From NCBI RefSeq assembly GCF_026571515.1, contig NW_026852181.1, forward strand, positions 62,001-126,000: a DNA stretch of 64,000 bases, read 5' to 3'. Under the pieces are notes generated by a model. It was given only the letters and a program-made list of their open reading frames with translations, was not told the DNA's origin and did not search any database. The translations under genes and the position numbers were made by a program. The stretch is from Ruditapes philippinarum (taxonomy: Eukaryota). The stretch's first letter is position 1; every line of letters starts with the position of its first letter. Below are positions 1 to 13,979 of this stretch, one piece after another.

Positions 1-1523
1 TATTTATCAGGCGTGCCACATATTCGCCGATTGTTTTTTATCACAATGACGCTGTAATTTGACACACTCTTCTGTTTTATGCCTTTGAGTGGGTTACTGA
101 TTTACCCGTGAAAATCATATTTGATAATTTCAAAGTAAAAAATATGAACATATAATCTCACACTTTTCATTAGAGACTACTTTTTTTAGATTATCCTCAT
201 GTGGTACCTCAATTTTTTTTCTGATTGCAATTGGGACAATGTAACTGCTGTTTAGAGCAAACCAAAGCTGATTATATCTTAAATGTCAACTGTAATTAAA
301 GAGACAAATCTTACATCAGTGTAATTCATTCAGTTTGTAAATCAGCAAACGTCTCTAACTTTTGTTATTTTATTTTAACAGACTAATATATACATTTCCG
401 TTTCTTGAAGGTTTTGGGGCATATCTAAGTTTCCTACGAGCAATAACTAATGCAATGTGTAAAAGTAATGGTTCATGTATATGTATTATCAAAATCTATT
501 TATTTTTTGTTTATATGCATATGAAGTCAATTTTATATCTGTTTGTATAGTTTTGCTTTTTGCGATTATTTTTTTAAATATGCATGTAAAAAATATATTA
601 TGCCTGACACGAGTTCCTTATTTAATAATATTAGTGTCAGCGAGTTTAAAATAATACATATATTCCCGAAGACTTTGGCGGTCTGTCAAAAATGATTAAA
701 AAAATGCTGCCTGAGCATAAACAGACTCTACAAAGCGTGCATTTCACAAGCTGACCACTAAAACTTTATTCATCAGTTTGATTTATTTTAAGTTCTTTTG
801 TTTTAAAAATATGATTTCTTTGATATTATTACAGGTCGGCATTATTTAGACACCAGGGTTGTGTACAAATTCGAGGATAGTTTACTGCATAAGCGCATTG
901 TGAAACAAACTCTTGAAAGTGTATTGTTTCTTTATGTTATACAGTCGGTATTGTAAAATGTTTTCAATGTGTAGTTACTAAAGGTACGAGTTTATTGCTT
1001 ATTAACAATATAACGTCGACCTTTCTCTTTTATCCTTACATACTGTATTATTCATATATCATCAGATTTTGTTTTATATTTTGATAACAATAATAATGAT
1101 TTATATTTAAATAATCTTTGCATTTGACATGTTTACAGATTATTTACGATATATTTGATATTACAGCAGGCTACAATAGAAACTTTCTCAGAAAACCTTC
1201 ATTACATGATATGTTTTTTTCCCGTAGGTTGCGGCGGGTAGGTTTATATCTTACCTAAAGATTGCAATCTTTATCATCATAGGGATGCAGCAATCAAACT
1301 AATACTTCTTTCGAGTTATATGCATGCACCTTGAACCTACTTAAGTAGTGTGTGATATGTTTAAAGCATAAATATACTATTCTAATAATAAAATCGGAGG
1401 TAAATCTAGTCGTAATTATAGTATCATTATTTTCTAGTAACATATAAAGAATATAAAACAGTTACATCTATAACTTACTGATAGCTTGGTTATCTATATT
1501 AGATATTTTATATGAGAGATGTA

Positions 1524-2225
1524 CGAGGATATATAACAAAATACGTAGACTTTTGCTACAACAACTCCACCTAAATCTATAAAAGTGTGCACACGTACTA
1601 GTTTTAGACAATTAAATAATAATCTTGGTGATTAAAATTTATCTCAGTCGGCTTCATAAATAGACGCTTAACTATATTTAACGTCGTCTGCTTATGCGTT
1701 AATGTCATATTTTGTATTAATATGTTAATTTTGAACGTCATCCGATACGTACTTTAGAATATAGAACTAGTAAACATAAGACATACGCGGACATCACAAG
1801 ATATAAAAAGTGGCACTGGCGCACGAAGAGAATCGTGCAATAATAATGTTATGAGTGCACCTAGGAAAACACCAACACAGACGATGAAAATGTAAAAAGA
1901 TGCTATCATGTCTTCAAATGTAAGCAGATCTCTTATTTTCAAGAGGGACGAATGATATTCGGACGGAAGGGAGTATCTAAAAGACGTCTACTGGGAGAGG
2001 ACGGATACGAATAGTGAACACTTGGATAGTACTAGTAGCGGCAGTGAAGATTCTGATCGAGGCGAACCGTATGTTGACTGTAAGTGACATTTCAAGTAGG
2101 AGTTAGTTGATCCATTCAATTTTGGGAAACCAATGTTCATGCGCGCTGCGTGCCGAGGTCACTAAACGATATAGAAAAAGAACGACGTGTTAAAGTTTAT
2201 CTGGCTTTTCTATGGCAGGGAGACG
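1524..2225 (+). mobile_element. Decayed, 3'-truncated mariner (Tc1/mariner) element with transposase N-terminal remnant
   Basis: Begins TA|CGAGG like mariner TIRs. Broken frames give RAII..LGK/TPTQTMKM*KDA..VSRSLIFK..DGREYLKD (HTH region), VKILIEANRMLTVSDI..IHSIL and ARCVPRSLNDIEKERRV (WVPxxL motif). No DDD domain or 3' TIR found. Confidence 0.8.
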
Positions 2226-5200
2226 TTTTCAACATGGCTCTTGTTTTACAAAACAGCAGCCCCTGTTTGGAAAAGAAAGACTATCGGTCAGAGCCTTTAT
2301 TCCAAAGATTTAGTACAGCGTCAATGTGTTTTATCTCTAAATACTATACATTGTATGCATTTGCTGGAACAGAATTGTACCACCTTTTTCCAGAAACCTC
2401 AAATGGTGGCACATTTGCATTGATAAATTTTGCTGATATCTACAAGAAAATAGACCACCGAAGGTAGCAAAAACAGATTTAAATATACCTTTATAATAAT
2501 AATTTGTACTTTACGAGTATATGCAGTACATTTAAAGTAAAGCAAACAACCCTGAAATGATATATGAATATCTTAACGTTTCTTAGACTGAGACAAAACA
2601 AAAACTCGATTTCTTTATTGTGCTTGATTGTATTTTAACAATTCGCTGTTTACATCTAGGAACATGTAGATTTATTTGATTCAAGCAACTTAATGATCTG
2701 GGGAGTCATAATTCATTTTGCAGTTTTCAAACGTCCCGTATTTTGTATCACTGTTATATATGTCACTTTCAAAATTCCAACAACAGACAATTTTATGTTT
2801 AATAATATTCTGTGTTGGTTTTAAGTATCGTACAGGGGGTATTAAATATTGAAAAAAGCTTAAAATATCGCCTACATGATATTATTTAATATGAAGAAAG
2901 TGAACGTGTCTATACTACCAGACACATATACATGTAAGTGATAACTATGTTATATTTAAATAATCTTTGTTGATAATCATGCAATAGTTTATGTCAGCAT
3001 TAAAATAAGTATGTGCCGAATTGGTAGAATATGATCAGATTAAAATATGTCCCTACTCACAACATCTATATCTAACTATGTCCGTAAATTTAAAAAGATC
3101 TAGGCAAAACCTGTCACATCAGTTAATCATTAAACACTAATATAAATACACTTTAAATATGCTCAAAACCGCCTAACATCCTATATTAATTTAGTATGAA
3201 CAGTGTTAAATATATTCAAAGGATAACTATGCAAAGTAAAATGATGGAAGAAATTACACTTCAAACTCAGATTGGCTGTTTATCTGATACAAACATGGTG
3301 GTTAACAAATCTCAATGTTTGGAATACTCTATCATTTCCAATATGTCTTTTAATCTTTCTTAAAAATCGCTTTAATTTAAAACGTTTATGATAATCTAAC
3401 ACATAATATTAAAATCTTATATGAGTACACGGTAATTAAAACGGAAAGGTTATATACACAATATAAGTAATTTTCTCATTTGACATCGATTAATGACATA
3501 CATCTATTCTATATTCATTTTATGTAATAGTTTAAATACACATTGCGCACCAGAATTTCTCAGCTTAATGATTTATGTTTAAAATTTCGAAAACTGTACA
3601 CCATAAAATAAAAGGATCTTGCGACATTACCATAAAAGCATACTGTTTTTAAAAGCTTAAAAACCTCTTAAATATCTTTAAAATATCTTGAACATTGATA
3701 TTTACATGTATATACATTAATATAAGTTGTTCTCAAATACTTCTCACACAAAGGATTATACAAAATATTGAAAACTTTTTGTCATACATATGGTATTTTC
3801 CAAAGCATTGGTGAAAAAGTTACGACGAATATTTGGATAGCAACACTTAAAGACATATCTCTAAATATTCAAACACCGTCTTTTTAGATAAACAGAATGT
3901 TATATAACTTGCCGTCATATAAACCCATTAACATATGATAAATGTGTAATAACATACAGGTCACCACTGACACAGCTTTATATGTTATAAAAATATTATA
4001 CTACTGTGTAACAGTAATTATAGCTGGAAAGGGGATAGCAATAACCGAAACTATATTTGTAAAATTTTATTCCCGGCACTTTCGATTAGTTTATTTATTT
4101 TATGGGAGCAAATAAATCTTGGAAAATATAGGCAAAAGGCAATAAACTATACAAAAAAAGTATCAGAATCCAAATTTGATACAGAATGAATTAAGTTATG
4201 TTTCAGCAGAGTATTTTGTGGTTTAAGGATTAATCAATATGGTTAAAATATGGTTATGTGAATCGTTAAAAGAGTAGTATCATTTGTATGTTTCCACACT
4301 AAATAAACACTTATCTAGATTTGTACAAAGAGTACATGGATAAAATGTTCACCAAACTCTTATGATGAGATGCATCGTTACCAAAACCATATATGGGTAC
4401 ATATTAGATAAAACGGAAACGTTTATATGTGTTTATAATCGTATATAAAATAAATGTGCATCTACTTTACAGTAATTTTCTCATTTGCAAGAAACTTGTA
4501 CTTATATAGATTCCAAATTCTTGTTTTCTTATTAATTCATAATTTTGAATAAGTGTTTTGAAATGTAAAATTTTCTGCGTTGATGAAATATTACTTATGT
4601 AGTCACTCCCATAACTTAAGATTAGAAGGTAATATTTTATCATTCATTTGAACGTTTGAACGTTTCCAAATAGGACGAAATATAATACTTTACCACCGTC
4701 GTAACTTACGAGTGCATATTTGTAAAGCAGAACGTTTCAGAGTCAAATTTGTAGCAGTATCAGTATAAGTCGATAACATACAAAAAAAACAACAACATCT
4801 AAACATCATAATCGCTATTTTGCACGCAATTGTATCATTTACACTGCCATTTATTTCATTTTTTGTTTGCATTGCTGGCGTAATAGAGAACAAAATATAA
4901 AAAGAATACCGACAAATTATTCAAATCAAAATTATACCAACAATATCCCATGTTTTTATAAGATTTGCTTTACAAAAATCATATGAAGTGTTCAAAAACA
5001 ATCTTAAGTTTGCAAGAAACATTGTAATGATATATGGTTAAGCGAATTTATCAAATTTCACAAAGAATACTATCATCAAAAACTGATTTCTGAGTGTTGA
5101 AAATATTTTGTTTAATTTAGTGATGCTAGCAAAGACTAGTATCTTTAAAGAAACATTTTAAAGTTTACATATTAAAATAATTTCAATGGACAACACTAAT

Positions 5201-5834
5201 GTTCAATTAACGGAATAGGCACATAAATAACCTGGGACTAACGCTTTCTAATGAAAGATCCGGGACAGAATGTTTCGAACTTCGAATGATTCAGAATAAT
5301 GAATTGAGTGTAACTTAACTCATTTTTGTATTAATCTATCCCAGCAATCCTTTTAAAATTAGTTTTGCTTGCAAAACGTGTTTTCTAAATAACAATCGTT
5401 TTGACAGATAGATTGAATTTAAACAGAATATTAATGGATAAAAAAAATTATATTGTTTGGGCACATCTACGCCTTGCCGATTTTATTAAACGTTTTCATT
5501 TTGGATACTCTTATAAAAACTCTCTCAACAGATAAGTAAAACTACAAACCACAGTCCAGATATTTTGATATTTTGTTAGTGTTATAGGTTGTTTATGAGA
5601 TAATATAGCCATAACTAAATCTATATGAGTCTCAGAATTTCCTTCATTATACTATAAGTATATTTCTTTGCATAACATATTTGCATATCTAATCTCTTGA
5701 CTCGCACTCTATCAATGTCAACCGAGTAATGTATATTTGGAACATTCATTTAATCTTTAGCCTCAAACAGTAATTTCTCAATTTATGTTAACTATTTCTA
5801 AATTGTTATTCATATGTTTTCCAAATATAAAAAA

Positions 5835-6003
5835 TTCAAAAACAATGAGGGGTAGAATTCCTATGTATTGCATTCTGCCTTAATGTGGTCTACTTTCAAT
5901 TTGATATCTCACATACTTATTGAGTAACGCTCCGAAAAAAATTTGTGGCACTGACTGACGGAGACTATGACTACATCCCCGCTACCTTTTTGGTGGAGAT
6001 AAT
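5835..6003 (-). mobile_element. Old HINE-like remnant (terminal part), shared with copy B
   Basis: Ends GACTGACGGAGACTATGACTACATCCCCGCTACCTTTTTGGTGGAGATAAT, a hairpin plus short-repeat terminus like the other HINEs. Same sequence at 24241-24408. Confidence 0.45.
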
Positions 6004-7269
6004 TATGTATAAAGCTATGTAAACATATTGTAATTAAAATATTTACATGGGGAACGTATTTTGAGTCGCACAATCTTCTCAAGTTTTAGTCATTTTTCGT
6101 TCGTATTCTTCTTGTTTCGTAATTGACCATTTCTATTTTTCATTTGATGTTATGTCAGATATCTCCATTTCGCTCCAAAGAGTGACAAATGTACCATTAC
6201 AACAATGTTCCGCCTTGCCAATTTCATTTCCCTTAATCAATTTTGATAGACAGCTTCTCTGACTGCTATAATATATTAACTTACTGATAAGATATTAAGA
6301 AGCTGTTTATCTTGTTTTCATATGTTTCTTCAAATTTGGTATCACAAGATAAAATAGTCAACAAAAATGTTTGGTATAGCACACCTCAATGTCAAAGAAT
6401 TACCATGATCAATGTCCACATAGAAATGAGACTGGAATGACATTACTTACATTGTGGTAATACTTGACATTATCTTTCATCCATGGATTCTCAAAATACG
6501 ATCTATTCTGTATTATATTAGACAATTTATTACGTTAAAAATTTTCTCGAAAATGATATTAGTAACGTTGTGCAAATTAACATAAGTGAAGGCGTCTTTA
6601 AAAAAAACATCGCATGGATTTAAGTAAAGTGTTCCATAACAGAAGGTTTTGTAATACAGTAAATAATCATATTAGTAGTATTAAGTATCATACAAACCAC
6701 AAACGTATTATTTGATGAATATTATTTGTAAGAAAGAGGAACATATTATTCAACATGATATAGCGGATGCAGCCCTATAAGTGTCGATACCTAAACAATA
6801 AGATCTCTATTAAATTTAATTTTATAAAAGCATCAAAACCAAACATTGGTTTTTACATTTTGTGTATTTGGAACACTTCAAGATTGTTTCACTTTATATA
6901 GACATATGAATAATTTACTTTAAGGTAGAAACATATACTGTTCACCGTTTAAAGTGTGTTACACAATATTTGTTCAGATATTCCATTTTAATTTGTAAAA
7001 GCAAATTAAACAAAACACTTTTATGTACGAGTAATGATCAAATGTTAACCGACTTGATAGATGATTCACTACCTGTTTGGTGCATTTCGATTTACAGGAT
7101 ACTAAAATATCAACCAGTTAAAAGTTATGCTGTTTATAGCATGTACATAAAAAGCAATCCATCGCACTGTGTATCGTTAACGAGGTCACACGTGTATTGT
7201 CTTTATGGACCTTTTTACTCATACTCGAAGTAGGTCCATGCGTGTTCCACAATAGTATGTATTATATAT

Positions 7270-7500
7270 TTATATATTTATCCTGGAAGCAAAAGTGTAT
7301 AGTTTTGATATAACTTCCAAAGAATCTTTTTGAAGAACATTTTTAAATTACAATTAAAATCCATCCGTCGGTCTTTTTACACATTAAACAATTTGGTCGG
7401 GAATCACAATTTTATAGCTTTGTTAACACTCATCAGCGAGTCTATTTTTAGAATATTATATCAAATTACAACAAACCTCTTTGGCCCGTCCTTAACCAGA
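7270..7500 (+). repeat. Degenerate ~115-bp tandem dimer, also present in copy B (~27675-27930)
   Basis: Blocks TATAG(T/C)TTTG..GA(A/G)TCT.TTTT.AGAA and TTACAA..AAA..GTC recur twice in both paralogues. Confidence 0.45.
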
Positions 7501-9499
7501 TTATACGATTCTTAGATATCCGGATCAATAAACATTAACAAAATATTGAACGGGATAAAATTTAAGAAATTCAATGTTGTTTTTTTGAGTGTCACTGTGT
7601 TTTTATGTTTCTACTTTATCATATTCAGAGCTCTCTGTTCAGGATATCGTCAACAAATTTCAAATGAAGCTCAACTAGAACTACAAAAATGATAACAAAA
7701 ATTCAAATCAGAGTATTCCCACGCTTGTTACAATTTTAATGTTGAGCATTAAATAAAAAAATGTTCATAGAATGCAGGAAAAAGAAACAATAGAAGGAAA
7801 ATTATCGATCGACAAAACACTCAATCAATCGAGGAATCTAAAAGTCTGGTGGTTTAACTGGAGTTCTAAATATTACGTTTATTTTTTTAAAATGCATTTT
7901 TTACTTGACAGCACATTAAATGACAAGAAATTACAATGTAAGATTGTATATGTTTCAAGATTCTAATATATTCATTTTTATAATAATAACATAAGGATAT
8001 TCATGAAATTGAACAGGAATGGTTTAACTGTCGTCTCATATTAAAGAACTACGTGTAGCGTTAATCAACAAAATCACATTTATTTACCAAACGTGTTTAA
8101 TAACATAGATTCACATTATAGATGCTGTATATTATGTGCCTTAGTATCAGAAACGGCATACTGAGCAAACTCAGTTACTTAAATATAAACATATTTCTTT
8201 GACGTATCATACGAAATGAAAATAAAGTACAACACTAAGATGTATGTTTAATTAAATTTTAAAAACAAATAGAAAAACATACGTTTTAAATTTACTACCG
8301 TCTTTGTTCTTTTATTCTTAGATTGCCTCGTTTTTCTATATTAAATAAACGTTGCAGATATTATGTAAGTCAAATAATCTTCAAACGTGAAAAGTCTAAA
8401 CCAGTCGTCGTTACTGACCATTGCTTCGTATCCGATGTTATGTAAGATGTTTCAATTTCGCTTCAAGGAATGGCAAGTTTTCTATTAAGGCAATTTCGCG
8501 ACTTGTCGATTTCATTTGTCAAAGTCAATTGAAATAAACAGCCTTTCTGTCTGTAACCTAGCCTATAAGTTTAACTGTGTTTCTCTAACCGTTTATACTG
8601 GACAGGCATCCTGATCAAAATGTTGTTTTAACAATATATTGCTCACGGCAAATACAAGATTATATTGACAGGGAAATGCAAATAATTGCATTATACATGA
8701 AAAATAAAGTATAATAAATATATATATCACTACATTTATTAGAATTTATTAATGAGAAAAAGTAACAATTATTATGGCATCTACAAGACCAGTATGCATA
8801 GCTAGGCTGTTGCGATTTGGGCGCTAAATAAACAACATATAATAAGTTTTCTTGAATAAAATGCCGAAAACTAAAATCATTTTGCCTAGACGTGAGCACA
8901 CACACGCCAAAGGGACAAGAAAGTATAATACGAATGATACAATTGTCGTTTAGCATTCTTCTCTTGATGAGTAAAATTTTAAAAAGATCCCCTTTAATAA
9001 GTGTACTCCAATCTAAAAAAAAATATTGCTTGAAATAATAGTCCGATATGATAAGTACAAAGTATTGCTGTCATATTTTCGTTTTGAAATATGACCTTGT
9101 ACATTTGCGAACAGACAACACTATAACAGACTTACAATAATTAAAAATGTCATTTTAGTATAGGCAAATAGAACGTTCAGGATTTATTTTGTCAGATTTG
9201 GAGCTTAATATTTCCTTATATTACATCCTTATATCTGTACATATATATTTAGGTTAAAGAACCTATAACTGAGCAATATATTGGTTGGAATAACAAACCA
9301 CTTTAGTTCCAATAAACTGTTGAAAGGTAACGTCAGGAAAACGTTAGTTAATAGGCAATATTTATATTAATAATCACATGTTACAGTATATCATTTACGG
9401 ATGTAAAAGTATATCTTTTACGGATAGTTAAATTATTAATTATTGATTTTATCTTCTCGCCTCAAATGCAAACTTAAATTCCCAAAAAAATAAAAATAT

Positions 9500-9985
9500 G
9501 TAACTGTAACGAATGTAAATACTTCTCTTAATTGCATTTACACTGCCTTGTTTAACAGTAACATGTTGGGGCTAAGAGTGATGTTTGGAGCACAATAGAC
9601 CAGTAGTGCCTCTGCAGCCGACCGTTCCATGGCGGCGTGACTCTTTGTTTCTCAGATGTATGTCTTGTATATTGTAATATGTTAATTGTGGTGACGTTTT
9701 TATTTTTTTTCCTGTTTCTTTTTCTTCTTTTTTTGTTATTATTGTTGTGAATTGTAAGAAAATCCCCTTTTTATCCTTGTCTGCTTTCAAATTGTGTCTC
9801 CTTTCTCAGCCCTCTGGCCCCATCCATTACGTCCGTTTTTTTTCCTTTTAATTGATTGACTTCTTTAATATCCTTTTTGCCCAGTTAAGCTCTTTGCCAG
9901 TGTATTGATGAGTTATGTTGAGGATGTTTCGTTGAATGTCATCCTTCCTTGTTTATCTTGATATTTGTTTGTATTTTTCTTTAAA
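9500..9985 (+). mobile_element. Old copy of repeat family X (Penelope-like non-autonomous, tentative)
   Basis: Reverse complement aligns colinearly with 62154-62700, e.g. ACATGTTGGGGCTAAGAG..GACCGTTCCATGGCGGCG..CTCAGATG, and ends TTCCTTGTTTATCTTGATATTTG. Confidence 0.65.
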
Positions 9986-11100
9986 TTTTCACCAGAGGTA
10001 CAAAAGGTTAAGAAAGTGTATAAAGACTTACAATACCTGTACATAGCTCATACATATTATTAGCGAAATATAATAATATTGATGATTAGTTCGACAAACA
10101 AACCAACACAAAGCTCTTATTGTACAATTATTTCACTTTGTTACGGTCCAATAAAGTAACAGGCAAAAAACAGTAACACATTTTAAACACCTTTACTGTT
10201 TCACTGAATTTAACTACATGCGTTTTCAATAAAAAGTGTGAAACTAAATGAATTTTCTATAACTGCAACGAAATCGATTCATGTGATAAAATTATTTTGG
10301 TCAAGCAAATTACACAGATGCATGTAAAACTGCTAGTGAATAATGTCAATATTAAAATGTAAAACCTTTTCGCAAATTCAGTGTCGTTTGTGCTAATAAA
10401 TCATTATGGTAAAATTGAAACAAAAATCAAGTATTCTATACAATAAAACGTCCCGAATATTTTTTCCCCTTTTCTCCTAAAACTTGCGATATTATTTGTT
10501 TCGTGTGTCAGAGAAACATCCGAATTTACATGTTATATTTTATTTACAACAACAGAAAATCAGAGCATACTCGGAATTTTCAGTTTGTCTATAGGTCTTT
10601 TTTTGGTCTTTTTTATCATGAAATATTACAATTAATTATATATTATTTATGTGCCCTTGCAAAAGAAAAAACTCTTAATATGTTTTAACTTATATGATGT
10701 TCTCTTATCTACAAGGTAATTCATTTGAAACAAATAATGTGGGACATTTTGTTATTAAACTTCTTGATATGATGGTCATGACATTTATGCTTGCAAGGGT
10801 CACAATTTTCCAGTCGTTATTTGTATAATTCCTTAGCTGAATGTATGTATATCCCTTCACTTAACAAAAACTTGATTCCTTTAATTGTATCATCAATCTG
10901 ATACTATCTACACCAAAAAACGACTTGAGACCATTCCCCTAGGTTTAAATGTTTCTATCAATATACAATCAAATGTCTGACCAACACATCTAAGTAATAA
11001 CAAAATCAGATACAAGTCTGACATATTTTCTAATAGTCTTATAGGAACAGTAGACGGACTGTTTCATAGTAAATGATGATATATATTCAAAAGTCTTGCT

Positions 11101-11145
11101 CTCTCTCCCCCCCCCCCCCCCCTCACTCTCTCTCTCTCTTTCTTT
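11101..11145. repeat. (CT)n microsatellite interrupted by a poly-C run
   Basis: Read directly from the sequence. Confidence 0.9.
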
Positions 11146-13960
11146 CATGTTGAAATTCCCTTTCATATTGTTGTTTTATTTGATTGATTTTAGTTATGGT
11201 CGGTAGTAAGTACATGCTTCCACCTGGATCAGACATCACCGGCTGAAGCAGATTTCAATATTAAGACATGTAAATTGTGATGGTTTGAATTTCAATGAAC
11301 TACTATTCATTTTTGAAATATTGATAAAGAGCCAAACCACAAAGTCAAAGCATAGGCACAATGGGTGTGGATTATACACATGTCTATATGGAGAGTCAGG
11401 ACGTCTCTTTGTCTATATATTATTTCTATAATACTAACACCAGCAAAGTTATAACATATTTGCAAAGCATCGATTCTTACAAAAACTGATAGTTCGGTTC
11501 AAACTATCATTAAAATAATAAGCATTTACAGCTGTCTTCTGAATTTTATAATTTACAATCCTGCTTTTTAGATCAACGATCCAATGTAAATATAGAATAA
11601 TAGCTGCAATTATGTTAGATACTGTTTGATTTTGATTATTACCCAAATCCATTCACTTTAACTATCTAGAAAATCTAGCAAATGAAACATGTAACTTTAT
11701 TATCAATCAAAAACATCTTTTGATATTTTTCATTTCCTCACTTCCTAATAAATTCATTACATTTGGACTATACTCCGTTCCGGAATTTAACATTGATCGA
11801 GGAATATCCTAGTTTTCTAGATAACTGTATTGTACATGGAGAATAAAGAAATAAGACCAATTAAAGGGATGGTGTTGGTTGACTACATGTATGTCTTTAT
11901 ATAAAGAAACTTCACATTTTCGAGATCAATGTAGCATTTCATGTAGTTCTTGACCAATAAATTGTAAGCAAACTTCTTATTTTTCCGAGAATAATTATTT
12001 TAATTGTGAAAAATGTCCAACAACTGAAAATTGTTGCAACGCTTTTGCACTCGAATCGGGCTAAAACAGCACAACAATACAATTTCTGAGTATATAGCTT
12101 TACTATATTTTGCATAACTATCCAATCCATGTAAATAGTTGCAATATTATAGTTTTAGGTTTTTGGACCTCAGTGGAGTTCCGTTAACAACAAGTATTGT
12201 CTGCAATACATTAAACAGAAAACATTTAAAAAACTTTAAGACGAAATGTTCATACTCAAAAGACTCAAATGTACGAATATCCAACTTCATGACGTAACTG
12301 CCTAATAAATTGACGCTCATTAATCCTTCATGCTGTCGAATTGCCGTGCTTATGCATATGTTAACGCACGAAAGTTATGCATAACCCTTTTTGTCGCATT
12401 GAAAGTCATTTATCAAAACTTCTGAGAGTAACCGTAATATCTTATTATAGGGCAATCATGGCCTCTTGTTTAATTTCATATATTTCTATCTTATGATTCT
12501 TTTTTCAATTTACAGAGCAAAAAATGGTCGGATAGATTATTGACAACATTAGAAAAAATATATTACGTTTATGTTGCGTTAACGCTCAGATTTGATGATG
12601 TAACACAAGGAAATTGTAAACGAAACTTTAAGATATGCCACTTTATAATTGTTAATATTCATTTCTAGCATGCAAATGGACACATGATATATACTTTGTA
12701 AAATAAATGAGTTTGGACACTTATTTATTACTCGTTTTCAACGGGATACCCATAATCATGCACTAAAGTACCAAATGACTGCAGAAGAAATGGAACGGCT
12801 TATATGAGCAGTTGTTAACAATGTGCCAAGGGAATATTTGTATGATATAACAATTACATTTTAGATAAGCTTCGTCTTGTCATAATTGTATAATGTGTCA
12901 AACTTATATTTATATTATGAACGAGCAACCTTATACAGCTGATGCTATGTCATGATTAATATGACTGATAAAGTTCACTTGGTTATGTTCATTGACTTCG
13001 TCGTACTCTTTAACTATTGCGACAAACCTGGGTTCTAGTATGTCGAATTTAACGTGCTTCTGTTTGAAATATTTTAACGATTTAAGTATTAATGCAAATT
13101 AGACATTTCATAGATTGGTAAATAAAGAATTATACTTGTTCAATGTGTATGTTATTTATAAAGTCACGCTTTTGTTTTTATTTGTTAATTTTGTCCTACT
13201 AATATGAAGCTATCCATATCTAGACGTTAGCCAGTAACAAACTATCTGGAATATAAACAAATTGAAGTCAATAATATTTTCGTCAATAAGCAATTCAAAT
13301 TAACAAACATAACATTTTCTGTTATGAATTTCTATATTCATTTATCGTATAAGGATCAACTGTGTATAATATAAGGTTGCAAAGTATTTCGGTTTGTCTG
13401 ATAGCCAAAAGTCAATTTCAAGCAGCAAAGATCAATACCGATCATCAATTGATATACATAAATTAGGCAATAGCGTGATGTGTCAAATCTTTCCAAGACA
13501 TATATGTCTGTTCCTTGTACGTTAATATTAGGAGATTATGAAATAATACCGGTTAGCATGTTTATTCGATGACTTCTTGTCTGGTATATGTGTATATGTA
13601 GTTCCTTTATACGAAAATAAAATAATAGACAATGCTTGAATGAAAAATCAGATTTTTAGCTTAAAATCTCATATTAATAAAAATTAACTATCTAAAAGAT
13701 ATTATTAAAATTTAAAAATGTAGATTAGATATATAAATATATTATTAATTTGATTTTCTTATTTCCAAATTATATAAGTTTGCCTGTTGGAAGCACATAG
13801 ACTGCTCAGATGGTAGCATGTGCAATATTTCTCATTGTTACGTACAATGGTTAAATGCAGAATGTAGAAGCTTACTGTCATCTATTGCAAAAGGTATTGA
13901 CAAAAGATTAATGAGTCTGGACCATTTCTTTTTGTTTGGCAGTTTTCTTTTACTTTTTTC

Positions 13961-13979
13961 GGGGGGGGGGGGGGGGGGG
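13961..13979. repeat. Poly-G run (19 nt)
   Basis: Read directly from the sequence. Confidence 0.9.

Noticed and set aside
2150-2467. 105-aa ORF as a gene
   Set aside because: Chimeric: the first ~25 residues are the mariner WVPxxL region and the rest has no recognisable homology.
4690-4893. Similar peptides NE.NGSVNDT.AC.IAIMMFR in ORFs 4690-4893 and 20864-21064, and weak likeness to LNGNVNETGSC at ~29945
   Set aside because: The first pair simply reflects DNA identity of the duplication, with mostly non-synonymous differences and non-matching flanks. The third match (24/32 nt) is expected by chance in AT-rich all-versus-all comparison.
6124-6266. Five-copy module as a coding exon or C/D snoRNA
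   Set aside because: Stops occur in the two frames translated across copies, and the C-box-like and CTGA words are not kept in the 8.4k/28.7k paralogues.
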